Source of the DNA: the human T2T-CHM13v2.0 reference genome, Homo sapiens
Reading direction: 5' to 3' (one strand)
NCBI RefSeq assembly: GCF_009914755.1
Contig: NC_060936.1
DNA length: 64,000 nt
The first letter of the stretch is position 1; the number at the start of each line of letters is the position of its first letter. Of the stretch, positions 43,612-64,000 are shown piece after piece. The notes under the pieces are model-generated. The model made no database searches and was not told where the DNA came from. It was given only the letters and a program-made list of their open reading frames with translations. The position numbers were made by a program, and so were the translations under genes.

Positions 43612-46600
43612 ACCTAGATGACTTTTGTATGGCGATGACTTTTTAAATACAACACCAAAGTCATGATCCATGAACTAAGTAATTGATAAGCTGGACTGTG
43701 CTAAAATTAGAAATATCTGCTCTGTGAAAGACAATGTCAAGAAAATGTAAAGACAAGCTACAGAATGGGAGAGAATGTAAAAGATACACCTGATAAAGGA
43801 CTGTCATACAAAATACACAAAGAACTCTTAAAACTGAACAGTAAGAAAATGAACAACCTGATTAAAAAATGGGCAACGGACTTTAGTCAGACACTTCACC
43901 AAAGAAAAATACAGATGGCAAATAAGCATGCTCAACATCATGCCATCAGGGAAATACAAATACAGATAATTGTTATTAGTATTATTTTTTGAGACAGACT
44001 CTCACTCTGTCACCCAGGCTGGAGTACAGTGGCGTGATCTTGGCTCACTGCAACCTCCGCCTCCCAAGTTCAAGCGATTCTCCTGGCTTCAGCCTCCTGA
44101 GTAGCTGGGACTACAGGCACTTGCCACCACGCCCAGCTAATTTTTGTATTTTTAGGAGAGACGGGGGTTTCATCATATTGGCCAGGCTCTTCTCGAACTC
44201 CTGACCTCAGGTGATCCACCCGCCTTGGCCTTCCAAAATGCAGGGATTACAGGTGTGAGCCACCCGGCAGGCATTAAATTGTTGTTTAATGCAAATTAAA
44301 ACAACAAAATCCATTACACACCTATTAGAGTGGCCAAAATCCAAAACACTGACAACATTAAATGTTGATAAGGATGTGGAGCAACAAGAACTCTCATTCA
44401 TTTTTGGTGGGAATGCTAAATAATATAGCCACTTTGGAAGACAGTTTGACAGTTTCTTACAAAACTAAACATAGTCTTACCATAAACATAGTATTACCAT
44501 ATGATCCAGTGATCACACTCATTGATATTTACCCAAATGAACAGAAAACTTATGTCCACACAAAAGCCTGCACATGGATATTTATATAGCAGCTTTCTTT
44601 ACTCATAATTGCCAAATCTCGGAAGCAATGAAGATGTCCTTCAGCAGGTGAATGGATAAATTGTGGTACATTCAGACAATGGAATATTACTCAGCACTAA
44701 AAAGAAATAAGGTATCAAGCCATGAAAAGATAAGGAAGAAACTTAAATGCATATTACTAAATGAAAGAAGCTAGTATGAAACGGCCTTATATTGTATGAT
44801 TCCAACTAAACAACATTCTGTAGACGGCAAAACTACGGAGACAGTAGTTTTGGCAAGATCAGTGCTTGCCAGCGGTCAGTGGGAAGTGAGGGATGAACAG
44901 GCAGAGCACAGAGGATATTTAGGGCAGTGAAACTATTCTGTATGATACTACAATGGTGGATACGTGTCATTTTATATATTGATTTGACAGGAGTTCACTC
45001 TGTTGCCCAGGCTGGTGTGCAGTGGCACAATCATGGCTCACTGCAGCCTTGACCTCCCGGGCTCAAGCAGTCCTCCCACCTCAGCCTCCTGAATAGCTGG
45101 GACTACAGGTGCACATTACCACACCTGGCTAATTTTTAATTTTTTTTTTGTAAGGATGGGGTCTCACTATGTTGCCTAGGCTGGTCTTGAACTCCTGGGC
45201 TCCAGCAATCCTCCTGCCTCGGCTTCCCAAAGTGTTGAGATTACAGGCATGAACCACTGTGCCCGGCCTCATTATATATTTGTTAAAACCTACAGAATTT
45301 GTAATACCAAGAGTGAATTCTAATATAAACTATGGACTTGGGTGATAATATGTCAATGCAGGTTCATTGAATGTAACAAATTAGCATTGTGGTTCAGTAT
45401 GTTGACAGTGGGGGAGGCTAGTGTGTGTGAGGACAGGAGGTATATGAGAATCCTCTGCACTTTTCACTCAATTTTGCTGTGAATCTAAAACTGCTCTAAA
45501 AAAAATAGTTTCTTAATTTAAAAAAAAGCAAAGGAAGAGCATAAATGAAAAAAGAAAAGACTGAAAACCACTAAGTAAATGTGAATAGCTTCTTGCATAT
45601 TCATTCTCATACAGTGCTCAGAAAAGACAGAAAACCAAAGCATAGCAGAAAGTCCAGCTTCCAAGCAGGAACTGGTGTCTCCTTGACAGAGCTTCAATCC
45701 AATTATGCCCCAGCCACTGATTTTTCTATCACTACCTCCCCTTTGTTTCAGAGACAGTATCCATGACCTTCTGTTCATGCGGTGGAGGAAGAAATTGCTT
45801 CCCAGAAAGGCTTAGCCCACTCCATTCTACTAGATAAAGGAAAAACAAAAAGCCACTCCACTCTGACAAGCCGATTACTGTCTATGGAGAAGCAAAATGC
45901 CTCCCTTAGGACTATGGGAATAGCCAACAAGGTACAGTATGTTCAAACCTTTAACCATGACTCTGCCAAGAGCAGCTATGTATGTGAATACAATCTCCTC
46001 ATCTGGGCAGTCAAATATGCATAACTGAAAGTACAAACCTCCATAAGGTCCTGTCTAGTTATAGTTTCAAATGCACAGAAAGTGAAAGAAGGCTGAAATA
46101 AAGTCTCCCCTATCCACTATTGCAATTATCTAGGTAAAGCCTAGAAGGAAAGAACAGGAAAGACTGAAGAGGGAAAGTTAAAGTGTTGAATATAATATGA
46201 TATTTTATAAAACATACACAGACATCTAGACCCCTGAAATTTTTAGACTACTTTTATTGTTCCCTCACAATACGTACAACCTAAGGAGACTACAGTCTCT
46301 GTTAGTCCTAAAAAATACCTGAAACTGAAGTAAAATGACAAATGTCTGAAGTTATGAACATAATGTAATTTAAAAAATTAATGTGCATAGATTGCCACCA
46401 TGTAAAAAAAAAAAAGATGTTCACTGAAGTGACAGATGTCTATAATACTATTTACCCATTCTAGTATTATACAAACTCCAGGTATGTACTACAACTGAGA
46501 TCTTTAAAACTATCTGAACACCTCTTTTCACTTGATTCAAATAACTATGCCAATGTAAGATTTGTTATTGTCAGTGAGCTTGAGAACAGAGACATAAAAT

Positions 46601-46934
46601 GGAGGTAATCAAAGCTTAGCATTAAAATGTAGTCTTCATCCATCCTATTAAACTGTCACTGTCTCTCTGATAACTTCTCAGGAGCCAAGCTTTTAGCTCA
46701 GTTCTACAGGCTGCTGCCCTGAACCACTTTTTCTTTGCATTTACTTTTTTATAGGAACTCCTGTCATCACTCTCTCACACACACACAAATACACACACAC
46801 ACGCACACACGTGCACGCTCACACACAACTAACTGGTCTATCAGAGGCACCCAGCAAAATAAACAAATGAGATCTTTGGATATCACGAGTGATCATTTTG
46901 GTCAGTTACAACCTTACCCAGTGAGGCAGTCTCA

Positions 46935-48170
<1,236 letters not shown>

Positions 48171-49159
48171 CTTCTACATATTTTTATCACTTAAATTATT
48201 TCATGTAAATATTTCCATGAATCTACATAGCCATATATTTTCACTTGTGATGATAAATGAAATTTCCATTGCATTAACACAGCACAGTTTCTAAGACAAA
48301 AGGAAAAAGCAGATGTGTAGAGGTGCTATGAAGTCAAAGAAGGACAGGATGTGAGACCTGAGTGGAGAATTGTATTATTCAACAGGCGAGATCCTCTATG
48401 TAGCCATATGCCAAAAATGTCAGAGAATAAGCAAGTTAGCAATCACTGAGCAGATTATACATCTCATTATAGTGTTGTTCTAATCATACCCTAATTCCAC
48501 CTTAGTCATATTTCCTCTTACCAATAAGTATGGCAGCCACCAGAACAAAAGCCCCAATTACTACATGGCACTAGTCAAAGCAAGATACCCATCCTTTGTA
48601 TGTGGGAGCTTATGGGCATAAAACTAAGGCGAGAAAGAAGAAAATATGGATCAGGAAGTAACCTAGCCTAGAATGCACAAAGATGACACCCACAATGCTT
48701 CTCTGGGCCTATTAGTAGAGGATGCTGAAGCCTTGATTTTAGGTCCCAGGTTTCTTGTTCTGTCTACGTTTCTGGTTGGCCAAAAATTAATTTTCTTTCC
48801 TCTTTAGAATCATGTCCTTGCTGCAAAATGATGGTGGTTTACCTCAGAGAGTAGACACATTTCAGCATCATTACCAGGCAGATAAAAAACATTGTAGACT
48901 AGGGCTGAGGCAGTTGCAGAAAGATTTCTTCATTTTCATAAGAATTTACACCTTTTTTTTTTGTTTGCTTTGTTTTTTGCTCAGGCAGAGCTCAGCTACA
49001 GATTTAGCTCTCTCTGGTATGGCAGCTAGATATATAGATCAGTAATAAACTATACAAAAGACTTAGCTGACTGATTTGGACCATTTACCAAAAAAACACT
49101 ACTTACTCATTTTTTTCTAGGCTAGATGTGGATACTGATGTGCGTATGGAAAATAATAA

Positions 49160-49390
49160 GGAAGCAATTTAGCAGAGTGGTTAAGAGAGCTGGTATGGAG
49201 TCTAACCATCTGGGTTTATGTTACAACTCCATCACAAAATACTGAGTAACCCTGTACAAGTTAGTTCTCTGAGCCTTAGTTTTCTCACTGGTAATTCTCC
49301 CTCAGAGGTTGCTAGGATTAAATAAAATATCCCTGTAAAGTACTTTGGCAGAGTACATGATAAAAGCTCAGTGAGCTATAATTATTGCTG
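49160..49390 (+). mobile_element. MIR SINE
   Basis: tagcagagtggttaagagag...ctgggtt...tctctgagccttagttttctcactggtaa...aggattaaataaaatatccctgtaaagtact. Confidence 0.65.
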
Positions 49391-50811
49391 CTGTTGCTGC
49401 TGTGTTATCAATGAAATCAAACAATTTTCATTGTATTTTATTCTCTCCCTTCCCTGTATGCTTTCTGGATGGAAAGATCATTTTCCTGTACCTTATATAA
49501 ACACATTTCCTCTAAATTGTATATACATGTATGCATACATGACCTGTTAATATGCACTAATTGATGTTAACCCTGACCACCATGCTAAGAACTTTCCCTA
49601 GGCTAGTGTTCACTTTACCACAGAGTCAGTTCAGTCTGACAAGTTAGGAAAGTAGTACTGAGCCAAGACTGGGAGATTCTCATATTTAGTCAAATCGAGA
49701 GGGTAAAGAGACAATATCTCTATGAAAGAAGATCCTACTCCGTACCAACGAGCTAGAATTCTAAGCAGACAGGAACCATGAGTCCTAGAACTACAGAAAT
49801 CAGTATTTCTCCTTCCCCCATATTTTATCAATCTAAATTTTCCAGAGTAGGGAAAGGAAGAAATGGTTCTTTCTTTCTAAATTAAGTTGGTTCCAGTGTT
49901 TATCTGGGCTATTCTTAACACTTACACTTCTCAAGTAGTTTCTTTTTTTATTTTTATTTTTATTTTTTGGTAGAGTCAGGGTCTCGCTTTGTTGCCCAGG
50001 CTGATCTCGAACCCCTGGCTTCAAGCAATCCTCCTGCCTTGGCCTCCCAAGGTGCTGGGATTATAGGCATGAGCTTCTAGTAAAAGAAGCTGAGATAGCC
50101 CAAAATAAAATGCAAAAGTAAATCTGCTTATCTTGCACATCCTCATAAACTTCAATATCTCCTTTGCTCAGGGACCATTCTACCTAAGCCAGTCCACATC
50201 TGTGATCCCCTAACCCCAAATAAAAACGTCCATTTCTTTATGTAGCCAATATCACAGTCGTCATTAAACCAATTCATACTAAAGTGTGAATGACAGCCCC
50301 CACAGAGTTCTCCATAGTTTTCCAAGAACTTAGTAATTTACATGAATCTTTAATTAGTATAGAAGTACAAGAGTTTATTTCTGGATGAGGAATCTTTGCA
50401 CTAATGTTCTTCAATCATATATAAGGCTGCCCATGGGAAGAAGGGAGAGAATGAGACTTTATTGTCCTCAACCTAATCAAAGGAAAAGAGATCAAATGCT
50501 CTACTTCCTCTTGCTTTTGCTCAACCCTAATACCTTGATTCCCCAGATACAGCCCATTCAGTGTTCATCTTGTCCTTGCTCCTAACACCTAGAACCAATA
50601 AAACTGTCACTAGGCAAGCTAATTCCTATAACATCAGAGAGACTCCCAACAGAGAAGAAGAAAGGCTGGGCCACCTAAATCTCCCTGGATAAATGCTTGG
50701 AGTTTTAGATAGAACTTGGAGCTGTGGAGTCTCCCACGTCTAATTTCCTCTCCCCATTTTTTTCCAGCAATTTCCAATCACATGCTTATCTACTCACAAC
50801 TTTAAAAAATC

Positions 50812-51232
50812 AGAGGGCTATATGATTCCTACTACATGACATTCTAGAAAAAGTGAAACTACAGAGACAGTACAAAGATCAGTGGTTACCGGGGGTTCAG
50901 AAGGGTGGGATGAATAGGTGGAGATTTTTATGGCAGTGAGACTATTCCATATGGTATTGTTATAGTAGATACATATTATTATACATTTGCGAAACCCCAC
51001 AGAATGTATAGGCAGTGAACACTAATGAAAATTATGGCCTTTAGTTAATAATAATGTATTAATATTTGGTTCAACAATTGTAACAAATATAGCACACTGA
51101 TGCAAGATGTTAACAATAAAGGAAATTGTGAGTAGGGGTGGAGTGAGGAGGTATACGGGAACTCTACTCTGCACTCAATTTTTCTATACGCTTACTGCTG
51201 CTCTAAAAAATAAAGTCTATTAATTTTTTTAA
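50812..51232 (+). mobile_element. L1MC-type 3'-end fragment
   Basis: tatgattcctactacatgacattctagaaaaagtgaaactacagagacagtacaaagatcagtggttacc...gctctaaaaaataaagtctattaa. Confidence 0.8.
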
Positions 51233-53142
51233 ATAGAGGAAACACTGGCGAATAATCCCCACCAGTACCACGGCTAATAAGAGCCAAGATAAGCTGTATA
51301 AAAAGGACATAAAAATGTAAAAAATTAGACTGTAGGGCTTGATCTCAAACAGTAACTAAAGGACAATAACTAAAGACAGGAAAGAAGCTTGAGGAAGTGA
51401 AGGAAAGACAACCTCATAGTGGCATTTTATAGTGACTAGTGTGCAAACAACTAAAACAAATTTATTTCCCTCACAGAAAGAGAACAGAAGCCAAGACACT
51501 TAAAAGGGACACTGAGTTTCTCAGCAGAAAAATCACCACCATTAAGCCTCTGGCATACTTACGAGTATCACCCTGATGCCTCTCCCTGTGGCTAAGGAAT
51601 CAGAGCTTGTCATTGTAACCAAATCAGCAACCTGTGCTGGTGCCAATCTTTATAGTGGATTGAGCTATTTTTCAGGAAAAGCAAGGGATAATTGCCCAGT
51701 ATCAAAAGAAGATCTGACCCTTGGGAGGAGAAAGGAGGTGTTCCTTTTGCCACAGGATGATTCTCTCTGGAATAACATAAATGGCTCTTTGAGAGACCAT
51801 GTCTTTGATAAGCAGCGGTGCAACTCTGACAGCCAATCTGCTGAATGTCGAACAGAGCACTCAGCTTTCTACAATGACTCAAAGGACACAGCAAGGCTGC
51901 AGATTTATTCTGCTGACTTTCCCCGCACAGCCACTCAAGTTTTTCAAAGGCAAAAAGGAACAACTCTTTCCTTTCAATCCAGGGAATTGCAAATTCCACT
52001 GGGATTTAAAGACAGAGCTATGTTTGCTCAAAATCTGACATCGCTGATGTGAACAACAAGATTTAAAAGCTTGGAATGATGGCTGGCAATTTTAGCAGTT
52101 AGAGCAGAAGTTGGTTCGGCACTTCAATCTGCCAGCAGAATCAGCAGTCACACAGGGCACATGGTGTGCCAGACTGGGAATGAGCTAATTTCACAAAATT
52201 CATTCTCATTCTCTTTGTACTTTCACATGACAATTGCAAACAGTCCACATTCTTACCAAAGCACAAATACAAAGGTAGCATATTTCACTGCACAAAGAAA
52301 TTTCGAAGTAAAAACACAAAGGCACTGTTACAAAGAGATAAACCTCAAAGCTTCTATCTTTTCTCCATGATGCTTTCCTTCTTGAAATCCTATCCTTAAC
52401 ATGATAATTTTGAGACAAAACTTTAAAAAGCAACATCTCCCTACAATAAACTATTAAAACTATTTCTTCTTCACAATTTGTATGTCAATTCTTCAAGATG
52501 AGATTTTGAAACAGAAAACCATTCTACACATTCTACCTCAAAAGTAACATCCACATGCTACGATTTAAAGGACAAGCTCTCTGTGGTTAAATAGATTCAA
52601 CCCCCAACAGACAAAAGAAAACTAGGCTTGACAGTTAAGATACCCAATTTCTGTTTAAAACATGTGTTGTTATCTTATGATAGCAAACAAAGAAAAAAAA
52701 CCCTCAAATTTGGGGGTGATGAGTTCTATTGTGATTTTAAAAAACATGTATTATTGTACTAAGTACACTAGTACAATAGGTACTGAAGCAAAGTGATTAG
52801 TAATAGCAAAACAGCACAGAAAATTATAAGCAGAAAATCAGAATAACATTTTCCCCCAAACTAAATACATAACCTTTTCACAAAAATTAATGGAAAGAGG
52901 ACAAAAATAAAGATATTTTGCTTTATAAATAATATTGGCAAACACTATACTTTATGTGTTAAGTTTTTAGACATAACCAAAGGCCTGACATTTAACCAAA
53001 TGTCGACTAGCACTGTAATTCTTTCAGAAAGGTTTATCATTTGGTTATAAAGACTCTATTAGGATTAAAATCTCAGTATGACTGAACTCCAGAGCATGGG
53101 GCTTTTCTTAAAATATTACAAAGTCCACTTTAAAAGACTTTG

Positions 53143-60653
<7,511 letters not shown>

Positions 60654-60974
60654 TGAAGAGAAAACATTTCTAAACTTGCTTTGTATTTAGATGGACAGCT
60701 TTAGAAAGGAGGAGACAGCAACATGTATTTTTCCATACTGTGTGGTGGGAAACAAACACCAGTAGAATAACAATATGGAAGACAGCAAGGCAGATTTCAT
60801 TACGGTAGAGTGCCTACACTTCCTCATAACTTGGATTTACACACTGCAAATCCTCTGATCTGATTACCTCCAGTGATCACGTAAAATAGTGGCTTTAAAC
60901 TCTTTGCCTTAGTGATAAAACAGCCACTTTGATTCACAACGAGACATTCACAATAAAGTATATTGTAAACGTAC

Positions 60975-61022
60975 CTGTCCACAGCCCGGGGCATTGCACA
61001 CAAACGGTCTGTCGTCTCCCAT
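60975..61022 (-). CDS. ATF7: ATF7 first coding exon, CDS part (MGDDRPFVCNAPGCGQ); whole exon 61043-60975
   Basis: Minus strand reads polypyrimidine ...cctccccctcctcAG|CTCCTCTCTGCTATATGAAAT ATG GGA GAC GAC AGA CCG TTT GTG TGC AAT GCC CCG GGC TGT GGA CAG|GTACGT. The peptide matches the ATF7 N-terminus (ATF2/CREB5 family C2H2 finger, Cys9/Cys14). Strong Kozak context (-3 A, +4 G) and a phase-0 donor. Confidence 0.97.
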
Positions 61023-64000
61023 ATTTCATATAGCAGAGAGGAGCTGAGGAGGGGGAGGTGAGGGAAAAAGTTATGTTAAATATGCTGGAGCAAAAAAAAA
61101 AAAAAAGTGCTTCAAAAATATCAACCCTAGAAACAGGTGTTCCACGAATGCCATCTATCAAAGTTGTAAACACAGGCTACTTTGGGGAGACCCATTAGAC
61201 AGGTGGCATATGATCTACTGTGTCTCAACTGAAACTTTTAATTAGAAAGAATGAGATCTAAATAGTCAAGGAATTTCAAACCTTTGCTAGATTTTCCCTC
61301 TTTCTACTACAGTATATAACACACTTCTCCAGTCTGTTGAATTACAACTAGTGCAGTTCCTTATGTCAATAAATTCACTGAACGCTCGATGCGGAAGCCA
61401 TATTTCTGAACGAGAGAAGACCAAAATTTGTCATTTAATTAATTAAGGGATTATAGGAGGGGTGCTCCATTTTACAGGGCCATAATCTGGCTCCCTGGTG
61501 TATAAACTACGAGACTGTTGGCAAGGGCTGTTTATCCCATATTATTGCCAAAGAAAACAAAGCACCCATCCTATTGGGCTACATGGGAAATGGCTTTCAT
61601 TAATAAAAAAATAAAAATAAAAACCGGGAGCCTCCTCCTCCCCCCACCAATCGTCTGTGGCAAATGGAGAAGTATCGATGCCCTTCCCCCTTCTGATTCT
61701 ATTTACGGCTAGGTTTTTAAAAGCAGCAGTAAAACAAATGTCGACTCTTTGGGGGTTTACTGGGTGAACATGTTCCGGCTGTTTGTGCTGCTTTCGGCCA
61801 GTGTTCTTGGGCTGCTCTGTTGCAGCCAACAGATGTGTGCTGCTGCAGGGGATGAAAGAAATGGCACTAAAAGGCATCACCATCTATCCCTTCTATTTCT
61901 CTGAAGACTTTAACAGGGTTTATACCGTTTTATAAATTATTGAAGCTAAACTCTCAAAGTGTTTATTGAAATTCTTTGTTGAAGAACAATAATTCCAATC
62001 TGAATGTGTGGGAGAAATTTCTCATATTCCAACTAGGAATAAAAATAGAAGTGGAGATGGATAAAGATTAGAAATGCAAATCATAGTAAAAAACAATTCC
62101 TAAAAGATAAACTGTATTTTGGAAGGTGGAAGAGAAAAATGGAGTGGGGGGTAAAATAGTCTTATAAACTCCTAAAGGATATTTTCAAACATCCTTCCAT
62201 GAAAGAGAAAGGTATACAAAAGAATACGAACGAGGGAAGATGAGAGAGGAACTACAATTTGAATATGCCTGCAAGTGACTTCAGAACTGTAACCAAATTT
62301 CAAATTTTTATCTTGGAAATAAACTGAAATGTCAGGACAATCTGTCAGGCTCGCGTTGAAATAAAATGTTAACGTGCTAGACTGAATCTGGTAATCGGAA
62401 AACCATGCTTAAAACTCAGAGGGTAGCTAGGTAACATCTCTCCTACTCTCTTAGGACTCACTGTGGGGTTAGAAACCAGTATTTCTCGTTGTCTAATCAG
62501 TAATTCCACAACTAATCGGTGTTTAAAATTGTGGGGTGCCCCATAAAATAGAAGGGGTTTCTTGGTCATCTTTCAGTGTGATAGAAACATGGTCTAACTA
62601 GGAAGGAAAATGATGCTACAGCACTACTGTAATGGAACAGAGCCTATACGTACATACATGTACATGGATTTATATCACATTTAGCCAGGATAAATTGCTT
62701 CAATAAATTCTGTTCCTAGGAGAGGCCAGCTCAAGCTGATGATTGGGTACTGGGAAATGAGAGCTTCATTCTTCTTCACACAGCCCCAGGATGAGGGGGG
62801 TTTTCTGGTTGGTTGGTTTGTTTTAAATACATGATTTTTTTAGCACTTTCGGGAACTACAACATGCTACAAAAAATAAATGCAAGTAAACAAAAGTAAAT
62901 AAATGCAATGACCAGGACCATTAAGGCTGAAAACTTAGAGCATGTCTGGAAAGCAATTCATCTCTGCAAAAATTCCTAACTCCTGTGCTAGAGAAAATTT
63001 CACTACATGTCCCAGAATCTGCTTTCCTAATATAATCACAAAATGAGAATTTTATTTCAACGAGGTCCTCTAATATATTTTCAACCAGGAAGTAAACTAC
63101 AAGGGCTAGAGTAGACACAACACAAGGATCAGGCAGGATTCCTTACTTTTATCTTGATTCTGTTATTTGATGCTAAATTTTCTCATTTTTCTACCTATTT
63201 AGAGGAGGGAAAGAGTTCTTGCTGAGAAGTGGGACAGTATTGGCATAGGAAGTGGTGAAATAAATTCTGGAATGGCTTCCCTCAAACCACAAAATTCAAA
63301 ATGTAACTTGCCTTTGCACAATCACATCACACTATATGGCTTCCAAATTTTATTTAGTGGCACACTTACTAGAAAATAGAGATGAAAAATCATGACTTTC
63401 TGAAAGAAAAAAAAACAAAAACAAAAAAATTTGGGGGGAAAAAGCATTAAAATCTAACAGAAGTAAGTATTTTCATTGCTCTTAAATATTCAACTGACAG
63501 CCACTAACTAGGATTTCCTGCTTCCTTCTAAATTTGCTGGCCTTTGTTTTACCATTTTCACCAAAGGGAGATCACAATGAGAGGAAGAAGCCTCTCTTCT
63601 TAAACACCCACAATTATTCTTAAATCTTTCCCTCAATCTCTTGCCTCTTGTCGTTTCCATTATTCTTGTTTAAAATTTTTTTCACTCTAAAGTGATTTTT
63701 AAAATTTAAGTATTTAACAAAAATAAGAATGATCTGTCTCCCCATTAAAAAAAAAAACACAGCTAACACCTTTTTTAAAAAAATTTCTCCTTCACTCCTG
63801 GTCTGCTGCATCAATTGCTACATATAAAGAATGTCATTTTGCTGATTTCTATCTAACACTTAAAACAAATCTTTAATTATCAGTGAGGTCTCACTGATGC
63901 CATCTCAAAAACAAAAAGCAACACATTTCTGTAGTGTAAACAGACTGAGACATAAAGGGAAATCTTGAAAAACAATGCTGCCACTCACTAGAATTTAACT

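Noticed and set aside
52752-52778. 10-bp perfect inverted repeat TATTGTACTA-N7-TAGTACAATA
   Set aside because: About one such AT-rich stem is expected by chance in 64 kb, and it is too short for a pre-miRNA.

Overview
Primate (human-like) genomic DNA, almost entirely intronic and very Alu-rich. The minus strand carries the first three coding exons of ATF7: ATG exon 61043-60975, exon 12644-12548, and an exon starting at 3458. They encode the C2H2 finger and the Thr51/Thr53 MAPK transactivation region. The last of these exons has three possible exits: a GC donor at 3340, a GT donor at 3307, or read-through to a stop at 3250 with AATAAA at 2922-2917, giving a 117-aa bZIP-less product that matches the known ATF7-4 isoform. 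The 48-kb intron holds an ancient, apparently near-full-length L1MC-type LINE (about 32.1-45.5 kb) packed with nested insertions. The most unusual is a 2.5-kb processed retrocopy (34249-36727) of a ZNF337-like transcript. It appears to start in a MER21 LTR exon, skip the KRAB exons and end at a MaLR LTR poly(A) signal. The same LINE also holds a second, unidentified mRNA-3'-end retrocopy and a 24-nt micro-retroinsertion. Several repeat-free, homeodomain-motif-rich blocks are candidate enhancers. Nearly all ORF-track entries are Alu/L1 translations. Repeat family names and the ZNF337 assignment come from recalled consensus/protein sequences, not a database search.
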